Of a stretch of 29,196 nucleotides of DNA, positions 17,099 through 23,607 are shown piece after piece. Under the pieces are notes generated by a model, which worked only from the letters and a program-made list of their open reading frames with translations, was not told the origin of the DNA and searched no databases. Position numbers and translations under genes: made by a program. The DNA comes from Sporichthyaceae bacterium (lineage in GTDB: Bacteria > Actinomycetota > Actinomycetes > JACCUZ01), in the NCBI GenBank assembly GCA_013698395.1, contig JACCUZ010000121.1, forward strand, positions 1 through 29,196. Direction: 5' to 3'. The first letter of the stretch is position 1; the number at the start of each line of letters is the position of its first letter.

Positions 17099-18635
17099 GC
17101 TCGACCACCTCGTGCATCAATTGCCGCATCGCATCGAACGACGCGACGTACCTGTCGAAGTAGAACTGGTAGGCGGCGTGGTTCACGGCGTCCGGATGGA
17201 TCTCGCGCTCGACGTGAACCATCGCCCGAGCCGCCGTCGCCACGTCTGGGTAGATGTCGCCGGCGACTGAGGCGAGGATGCCGGCACCTAGGCTGACGGC
17301 CTCCGGTACCGCCGTGATCGTGATGGGAAGGTTCGACACGTCGGCGTGGATCTGCATCCACAGATCGCTCTTGATCGCGCCTCCGCAGGCGACGACGTCG
17401 TCGATCTGATGCCCGCAGGAGGCGAACGTGCGGAAGATGTTTTCGGTCCCGAAGCAGACGGCTTCGATCAGCGCGCGATAGATGTGTGCCGGCGTATGCC
17501 CGAGGCTGAGCCCCCAGATCATGCCGCGGGCGTCGGCATCGACGTAGGGCGTCCGATTTCCCTGCCAGAAGTCCAGTGCGAGGACACCGTCGCACCCTGG
17601 CGGGATGCGCTTCGCCTGCTCCTGCAGCACGCGGAAGACCCGGTCGGGCGGGATCGCACCGGTCGAGAAGTGTTCACCGCTGCAGAGGTTCCGGAACCAG
17701 CTGATCACGGAGCCCGTGGAGACCTGGCCCCCCTCGATCGTGTAGTGCCCGGGAACGACCGCGTCTGTGTATGCGCCGAACATGCCAGGCGCGTAGCTCG
17801 GCGTCTCCGTCTGCGCCAGGTGCAGGTGCGAGGAGCCGGTGATCAGTGCGGCCCGCCCCGGGGAGATGACGTTGAGACCCACCATCCCGACGAAGGCATC
17901 GGCCCCGCCTTCGGCGACCGGCGTCCCAGGCAGCAGGCCGAGCTCGTCAGCCGCCTGGGAGGTCAGCGTTCCCAGCGGGCCGCCCATGTCGACCACCCGG
18001 GCCGGCAGCTTCTCGACGAGGTCAGGCAGTCCCACTGCGGAGAACAACGTGGCCGGCCAGCCACCGGCCGCACGGTCGTAGTAGCCCCGGATGGAAGCGG
18101 TGTTGATGCTCACCGCCCACTCCCCGGTCAGCCGGTAGCCCAGCCAGTCGGTGAATTCCAGGATGTGGGCAGCGCGCTCGTAGGTACCGGGCTCGTGGTC
18201 GGCCAGCCACAGCACCTTGCTCAGCAGCCACTCGGCCGAGATCTTGGTGTACCCGCTGTACTTCAGTGCGGGATCACCCGTTTGCGCAATGCGACCCGCC
18301 TCTTGGGAGGCACGGACGTCCATCCAGATAAGCGCGGGCCGCAGTGGTTCCCCTGCGGCATCGGTGGTCACCACCGTGCAACTGGTGCATGCAACCGCGA
18401 TGCCACGGATGTCGGCCACGTCGACCCGGCTCAGGCTCACCGCCTCACGAGTCGCCGCCACAGCAGCCGCCCACCAGTCCTGCGGATCCTGCTCGGCCCA
18501 ACCCGGACGCGCATGAACCGTCCGGTAAGGCGCCCGTGCGAAAGCGACCTGCCGACCAGCGGTGTCGAAAACGGCCGCGCGCATGGCCTCAGTGCCGCCG
18601 TCGAGGCCGAGGACATACCGCCCTCTGTCCTGCAT
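17085..18635 (-). CDS. FGGY-family carbohydrate kinase (ribulokinase/pentulose kinase-like)
   Basis: YVLGLDGGTE, PGWAEQDP, IWMDVRA, GGADA, EGGQVSTG, LDFWQGNRTPY, IYRALIEAVCFG, CGG. Start taken as ATG 18635 (MQDRGR). Confidence 0.92.
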   Translation of the reverse strand: MQDRGRYVLGLDGGTEAMRAAVFDTAGRQVAFARAPYRTVHARPGWAEQDPQDWWAAAVAATREAVSLSRVDVADIRGIAVACTSCTVVTTDAAGEPLRPALIWMDVRASQEAGRIAQTGDPALKYSGYTKISAEWLLSKVLWLADHEPGTYERAAHILEFTDWLGYRLTGEWAVSINTASIRGYYDRAAGGWPATLFSAVGLPDLVEKLPARVVDMGGPLGTLTSQAADELGLLPGTPVAEGGADAFVGMVGLNVISPGRAALITGSSHLHLAQTETPSYAPGMFGAYTDAVVPGHYTIEGGQVSTGSVISWFRNLCSGEHFSTGAIPPDRVFRVLQEQAKRIPPGCDGVLALDFWQGNRTPYVDADARGMIWGLSLGHTPAHIYRALIEAVCFGTENIFRTFASCGHQIDDVVACGGAIKSDLWMQIHADVSNLPITITAVPEAVSLGAGILASVAGDIYPDVATAARAMVHVEREIHPDAVNHAAYQFYFDRYVASFDAMRQLMHEVVEHVRL

Positions 18636-18660
18636 GCTGGGCTTGACTAGGTCAGTAGAT

Positions 18661-18699
18661 CTTGCACACTTGTGCAAGGCACCGGGAATCTGTGCACAG
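18661..18699. promoter_or_regulatory. Paired TGCACA/TGTGCA dyads, candidate operator for the SorC-family regulator
   Basis: CTTGCACA-CT-TGTGCAAG (18661-18678) and CTGTGCACAG (18690-18699); both perfect dyads, between the promoter and the kinase start. Confidence 0.65.
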
Positions 18700-18703
18700 T
18701 TCC

Positions 18704-18732
18704 ACACTGGCATTCCCCGGGAGGGCAGTCAA
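18704..18732 (-). promoter_or_regulatory. Candidate promoter of the FGGY-E1a-E1b-lipoyl-SorC operon
   Basis: Minus strand TTGACT-N17-CAGTGT with an extended -10 TG. Confidence 0.55.
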
Positions 18733-18757
18733 CAGGGGTCGGTCGGCCTCCTCGACC

Positions 18758-20305
18758 TCAGACGGGGAACTCGACGCCCTGGGCGAGAGGCAGCTCCCCG
18801 CTGTAGTTGACGGTGTTCGTGGCCCGGCGCATGTAGGCCTTCCACGAGTCCGAGCCGGACTCGCGACCGCCGCCGGTCTCCTTCTGGCCGCCGAACGCTC
18901 CACCGATCTCCGCACCCGACGTGCCGATGTTCACGTTGACGATGCCGCAGTCCGAGCCGTCCGCCGCCAGGAAGCGCTCGGCCTCGGCCTGGTCGCCGGT
19001 GAAGATGCTCGAGGCGAGCCCCTGCGGCACGGCGTTGTGCAGGCTGATCGCCTCGCGTAGGTCGCGGTAGGTCAGGACGTGCAGGAGAGGCGCGAACGTC
19101 TCCCGGCGTACGACGTCGGCCTGCCGGGGCAGCCGCACGACGGCGGGGGTGACGTAGAACGCGTCCGGGCCCTCCTCGGCGAGCCGCCGCTCCCCGCCCA
19201 CGAGGACCTCGCCCCCGCTGGAGCGCACGTCCTCGAGAGCGGTGACCAACGAGTCGTACGCGGCCCGGTTGACCAGCGGGCCGACCAGCGTCGAGGGGTC
19301 GAAGGGGTTGCCGACCGGGAGCCGGCGGTATGCCTCGACCACGCGCCCGACGAGGTCGTCCACCACGTCCTCGTGGGCGATGAGCCGGCGCATCGTCGTG
19401 CACCGCTGCCCCGCGGTCCCTGCCGCCCCGAAGACGATCCCGCGGGTGGCGAGGCCGAGGTTCGCCGTCGGTGTCACCACAGCCCCGTTGTTGCCGCCGA
19501 GCTCGAGCAGGGTCTGGCCCAGCCGACCGGCGACGCGCTGAGCGACGTCCCGCCCCATCCGCACCGACCCGGTCGCGCTCACCAAGGCGACATCGGGGTG
19601 CTCGACCAGCGGGCGGGCCGTCGTCGCGTCCCCGACCAGCACCTGGTTCAGGTGTGCGGGTGCGCCCGTCTCGGCCGCCGCCCGGTCGAGCAGCGCGCTG
19701 CAGGCCAGAGCCGTGAGAGGCGTGAGCTCCGACGGCTTCCATACGACGGGGTCACCGCAGACGAGGGCGATCGCAGCGTTCCACGACCAGACGGCCACGG
19801 GGAAGTTGAAAGCGGTCACGACCCCGACGACCCCGAGGGGGTGCCAGGTCTCCATCAGGCGGTGGCCCGGACGCTCAGAAGGCATGGTCCGCCCGTAGAG
19901 CTGCCGGGAGAGGCCGACGGCGAAGTCGCAGACGTCGACCATCTCCTGCACCTCGCCGCGCGCCTCCGAGCGGATCTTGCCGACCTCGATCGTCACCAGG
20001 TCCGCCAGCGCGTCCTGATGTTCACCCAGCAGCTCACCGAGCCGCTTCACCAGCGCTCCTCGAGCAGGGGCCGGTGTTGTGCGCCAGGCCAGGAACGCCG
20101 CGTGCGCGCGTTCCACCGCGCGTTCGACGTCTCCGTCGGCGGCCCAGGAGACCGGGAGGAGGTCGTCGCCGGTGATCGGGGATCGCGACCACTGGTCGCC
20201 AGAGAGGAGGGACTCGTCGACACCGCATGCGTGCAGCGATCGTCGGGCCAGGTCGCTCAGCTCCGCGGTCTTGGGAAGGGCAGGCCGGCTGATGGCAGCA
20301 GTCAC
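18758..20305 (-). CDS. pcd: L-piperideine-6-carboxylate / alpha-aminoadipate semialdehyde dehydrogenase (ALDH7 family)
   Basis: GEVQEMVDVCDFAVGLSRQLYG, MPSERPGHR, AFNFPVAVWSWN, WKPS, LELGGNN, GTAGQRCT, ETFAP, GTSGAEIGGAFGG. GTG start overlaps the hglS stop. Confidence 0.9.
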   Translation of the reverse strand: MTAAISRPALPKTAELSDLARRSLHACGVDESLLSGDQWSRSPITGDDLLPVSWAADGDVERAVERAHAAFLAWRTTPAPARGALVKRLGELLGEHQDALADLVTIEVGKIRSEARGEVQEMVDVCDFAVGLSRQLYGRTMPSERPGHRLMETWHPLGVVGVVTAFNFPVAVWSWNAAIALVCGDPVVWKPSELTPLTALACSALLDRAAAETGAPAHLNQVLVGDATTARPLVEHPDVALVSATGSVRMGRDVAQRVAGRLGQTLLELGGNNGAVVTPTANLGLATRGIVFGAAGTAGQRCTTMRRLIAHEDVVDDLVGRVVEAYRRLPVGNPFDPSTLVGPLVNRAAYDSLVTALEDVRSSGGEVLVGGERRLAEEGPDAFYVTPAVVRLPRQADVVRRETFAPLLHVLTYRDLREAISLHNAVPQGLASSIFTGDQAEAERFLAADGSDCGIVNVNIGTSGAEIGGAFGGQKETGGGRESGSDSWKAYMRRATNTVNYSGELPLAQGVEFPV

Positions 20306-21612
20306 GCCGAGAGCGTACGCAGCGCGACGTCCCACGACGCCTGTCGTTGGGCGGCGTAGAGCTCGAACAGGTCATGCACCGGCCGCTGCAGCACGCCGGC
20401 CAGCCATCCCGCATCACGCTGCGACCCGGGTTGCGACCGGTCGCTGTCGTCGTCACGCCCGAGGTTGGAGCGGAAGATCCCGGCGGCCGAGCGAGGCAGG
20501 AAGTCCTCGTACACGACCGGATGCAGGATCACCCAGCCGCCGTCGACGAGGGCGGCGAGGTCGCCGAGCGGCGGCCTCTGCCGCGGTCGCTGCGGGCGCG
20601 CGGTGACCGTGTAGAAGGCCAGGTCGTTCACCGCCAGGTCCCGCTCGGTGCGGGGAAGGTCGGCCACGCCCGTCGCGTCGAACCGTTGCCGCCCGGCCGA
20701 GGTCAGCGCGACTCCCCGCGCCTCGACCTCGCCGAAGCGGACCCGGAGGGCGCCCCGCTCGACCCTGCCGTCCGGACCGCGGAACCACCGCGGCTCGGCC
20801 AGCGCCCGGAACGAGGTCTGGCGCAGCAGGACCGCCGGACCATCGACCCGCGGCGGTCCCTGGATCTCGTCGATCATCTCCACGCCGGCGGCCTGCATCC
20901 GCTCGTACAGCAGGTCGATGTCGAGGACCCGGGGGGTCAGATGGTTGATGTGGGTGGTGGTCACACCGGCGATGTCGGCCGCGACGCCGGAGACCTGCTC
21001 GAGTCGCTCATACCACGCACGGTCGATCGGCTCGGCCGACAACGAGAACGCGTCGACGGCCAGGTCGAGAAACCGGTCGGCCTCGGCTTCCGGGAGAGCC
21101 CCGTCGGCCTCGGCTCGCTCGGCCAAGGAGAGCAGCTCTGGCGAGAAGAGCTGCCGCCGGCCGAGGAAGCGCTCCACATCGTGCTGCAGGTCGGCAGGGA
21201 AGAACCGGCGGTCGTCGGTCGTGAGCACCGAGACGAATACCCGGAACGGGTTCGCCGCCAGCTCGGTTGCATCGAGCGGGCGAAACGCCGTGGACACCAC
21301 CGGCACCGAGGCGGCGCCGGCATCACGCAGGTCGTAGAAGCCGACCGGGTGCATGCCCATCGCGGCGAAGAGCTGCCCGACCTCGCGCAGCTCCGCGACC
21401 GTGCCCACCCGGATCGCGCCGTGCCGCTCGGCGGTGACCCGCTCCAGGCTGCCGAGCCGCTCGGCGTCCGGATCACCGGCAACCACGTCGTAGTTCACCT
21501 GCGCCGCGACGTCGACGAGGGTGCGGTAGGCGGGCACCTCACCGCCGTACATCGTGGAGAGCCGTGCCGCGAACGCCGCCCGCAGCTGCGTCGAGCTCAG
21601 TTCCTGCGGCAT
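20302..21612 (-). CDS. hglS: 2-oxoadipate dioxygenase/decarboxylase (DUF1338, D-2-hydroxyglutarate synthase)
   Basis: MYGGEVPAY, AERHGAIRVG, VGFYDL, STAFRP, NPFRVF, HINHLTPR, QTSFRAL, RFGEVEARG, YEDFLPRSAAGIF. Confidence 0.88.
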   Translation of the reverse strand: MPQELSSTQLRAAFAARLSTMYGGEVPAYRTLVDVAAQVNYDVVAGDPDAERLGSLERVTAERHGAIRVGTVAELREVGQLFAAMGMHPVGFYDLRDAGAASVPVVSTAFRPLDATELAANPFRVFVSVLTTDDRRFFPADLQHDVERFLGRRQLFSPELLSLAERAEADGALPEAEADRFLDLAVDAFSLSAEPIDRAWYERLEQVSGVAADIAGVTTTHINHLTPRVLDIDLLYERMQAAGVEMIDEIQGPPRVDGPAVLLRQTSFRALAEPRWFRGPDGRVERGALRVRFGEVEARGVALTSAGRQRFDATGVADLPRTERDLAVNDLAFYTVTARPQRPRQRPPLGDLAALVDGGWVILHPVVYEDFLPRSAAGIFRSNLGRDDDSDRSQPGSQRDAGWLAGVLQRPVHDLFELYAAQRQASWDVALRTLSA

Positions 21613-22361
21613 GAGCTCATTCTCGCCTCAGTCACCTGCCTGGGCCGGTCGTGGACCGCGGCGAGGACGAGCAGCACCCCCAACGGTGCGACGCATGCTG
21701 CGCGCGCGGCGATCGCCAACCCACCGAGGTAGCGGGTCGCCCGCCGTGACCGCGGGCTCAGCTCGGACGTCCGGAGACTGGCGGTGAAGCCGCCGCGCAC
21801 GGCGAGGTAGGTCTGCCAGGCGCTGACGGCTACGACCAGGACCCCGATGACGACCAGCACCCATCGACCGGCCGGAGCCGCCAGCAGGCGTGCCGTCATC
21901 GAGTCCTGCTGCTTCTGAGAACCCGCACTGCGGTCACCGAGCAAGAACCTCGTCGTCACGGCCGCCATGCCGAGATAGAAGCCGCCCTGGCCAGCGGTCG
22001 TGAGCCTGCAGGCTCGCGACACGGAGCGGTCGCCGAGGGCGCCGGCGAACCGGGCGAGCGCGAAGGCCACGAACCCGGCGACTGCCGCCACCAGTGCAAG
22101 AGCGCCCAGTGGCGTGCCCGCCACGGCGCGCAGCGCGCCGTTGGCGTTGGCCTGACCGACTCCGGCCGGCTGACCCGCCGCGACTCGGAAGGAGAGGTAG
22201 GAAAGGACCAGGTAGAAGACGGCTCGGGCCACCAGCCCAAGACGGGCTGCCCACCGCAGGCCGAGGCTGCGACGTACGCGCTGCAACCAGGACGAGGCCC
22301 TGTCTCCGCGGTCGGAGACAGGACCTCGTCGGATGCGGGGCCTATCGGCCCGATCGGTCAC
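21597..22361 (-). pseudogene. DUF1206-domain membrane protein, apparently C-terminally truncated
   Basis: ARLGLVARAVFYL, GALRAVAGTPLG and TARLLAAPAGRW repeats. After HDRPRQ the frame reads VTEARMSSCRRN into hglS instead of the expected GLD-type third repeat. Confidence 0.55.
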
Positions 22362-23122
22362 CGGGTCGTGCGGGACCTGTCATCGGTCACGTCGACGCCC
22401 TCGGCGTCGCCGCGCTCCTTGCGGACATCCTCGGTCACCTGGTGGTCCTCGGTCTCCACGTCCTTGGTGACGCGGACCCGCTCGACCGGCACCGTCTCCT
22501 TCGCCACGACCGGACGCTCCTCGGTCAGCGTGACCTCGTGCTCCTCCTCGGAGAGGTCAGGCCCCGACATCCCGTCGCCCCGGTTGGCGTCGGTGATCGG
22601 CTCAGTCTCGAGCCGGGCCTTCTCCTTCTTCACCGGCACGGTGACCTGCTGCTTCTCGGTCTCCACCCACTTGCGCAGGCGGGCCTTGCCAGCCGTGACC
22701 GTCTCCGTGCCTGCATGCAGGCGCTCCTCGGAGCGGGTCATCGCGTCATCGGTGTTCGGACCGGAGACGTCCTTGCCGGCAGGGCCGGAGTCGGACCGGG
22801 ACTCGGAGTAGTCCAGCCCGTAGTAGCGGTAGAGCTCGACCTCCTCGGCCTGGTCGAGGTGGCCGCCATCGGCGGAGACGTTCGGGGCGTCCTTGATCTT
22901 GTCCCTGTCGTAGGGCACCCGGATCTCACCGCCGGTCGTCTCGGCCTGCGCCAGGGGGACGAAGCTCTCGCTCGACCCGAAGAGACCGGTGTTCACGGTC
23001 GCCCACTCGGGCTGGCCGGTCTGGTCGTCCAGATAGATCTGGCCGACCTTGCCGATCTTGCTCCCGGCGGGGTCGATGAGCTGCGAGCCCATCAGGTCAC
23101 GTACCTGGTCCTGCGTGATCAT
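22358..23122 (-). CDS. PRC-barrel + DUF2382 (YsnF/AvaK) domain protein
   Basis: KIGKVGQIYLDDQTGQPEWATVNTGLFG, FVPL, ELYRYYG, DAMTRSEERL, EEEHEVTLTEERPVVAKETVPVERVR; GGAG RBS before ATG 23122. Confidence 0.9.
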   Translation of the reverse strand: MITQDQVRDLMGSQLIDPAGSKIGKVGQIYLDDQTGQPEWATVNTGLFGSSESFVPLAQAETTGGEIRVPYDRDKIKDAPNVSADGGHLDQAEEVELYRYYGLDYSESRSDSGPAGKDVSGPNTDDAMTRSEERLHAGTETVTAGKARLRKWVETEKQQVTVPVKKEKARLETEPITDANRGDGMSGPDLSEEEHEVTLTEERPVVAKETVPVERVRVTKDVETEDHQVTEDVRKERGDAEGVDVTDDRSRTTR

Positions 23123-23220
23123 TTGCTGTCTCCATCTCGGTGTCTGCTGTGGTTGTGTGCGGGTGTCCGTCCGTCTTGGCCGGTGGGCCACGGCGGAAAC
23201 GTGTCCAGCGAATTGGCTTG

Positions 23221-23508
23221 TCAGCTCGTCCGTTGCTTTTCGGCGCGCATCCTCAGCAGCTGCTCGCAGCGGCGGCAGTCAGCGGCATTGCTGCCCCGGA
23301 ACTCCAGGCTGAGGAACATGAACCAGCCGGTGACCGGCTCGCCGCACAGCGCCGTCCGCATCTGCACCGACTCGTCCCTGCCCGACGGTACGGCGTGGCG
23401 CACCCCGAGCGGGACGTAGCCGCCGGAGCGCTCCCTGCGCGCATCGACGCCCATCGGGCTGGGACCTGGTCGACGGGACGCTGCGGCGACGACGTAGGGC
23501 GGGAACAC
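23221..23508 (-). CDS. Small putative zinc-finger protein (H-x16-C-x22-C-x2-C), 95 aa
   Basis: GAGGAGG RBS 6 nt before the GTG; RHAV...ALCG...W...F...CRRC pattern; fills the gap between neighbouring genes. Confidence 0.7.
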   Translation of the reverse strand: MFPPYVVAAASRRPGPSPMGVDARRERSGGYVPLGVRHAVPSGRDESVQMRTALCGEPVTGWFMFLSLEFRGSNAADCRRCEQLLRMRAEKQRTS

Positions 23509-23520
23509 GCCTGCCTCCTC

Positions 23521-23543
23521 GAGGACGAACTTCGGTTGTCCTC
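23521..23543. other. Hairpin with a cUUCGg tetraloop in the divergent intergenic region
   Basis: GAGGAC-G-AAC-TTCG-GTT-GTCCTC: 9-bp stem with one bulge. Confidence 0.45.
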
Positions 23544-23607
23544 AGGTAGACGTCTTCGGCCCACCGGCATGACGCATGTTTCTCGGCTGGTTGGCAAGAT
23601 GGTCCAC

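Larger units (their letters stand above)
1840..18740. other. Accessory carbohydrate-catabolism island (three transcription units, two regulators, two FGGY kinases, one ABC importer)
   Basis: Contiguous, tightly overlapping sugar-utilisation genes between pcaF and pcd. Visibly more A/T-ending codons than the flanks. No mobility genes or boundary repeats seen. Confidence 0.6.

Noticed and set aside
1840-18635. Assignment as the known D-apiose transketolase pathway or the erythritol/threitol pathways
   Set aside because: No recognisable apiose isomerase, split transketolase AptAB, RpiB/TIM-type tetrose isomerases or polyol dehydrogenase; only analogous parts are present.
23165-23205. SigB/SigF-type promoter (GTTT-N15-GGCCAA, minus strand) upstream of the PRC-barrel gene
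   Set aside because: The -10 deviates from GGGTA/GGGAA; too weak to call.
23140-23568. N-terminal extension of the ECF ORF in the track (554 aa), and similar extensions of adh, dhaK, SorC, the FGGY at 18713, pcd and the SDR
   Set aside because: The extensions overlap neighbouring genes or promoters and lack domain similarity; downstream starts have RBS, leaderless or coupling signals.
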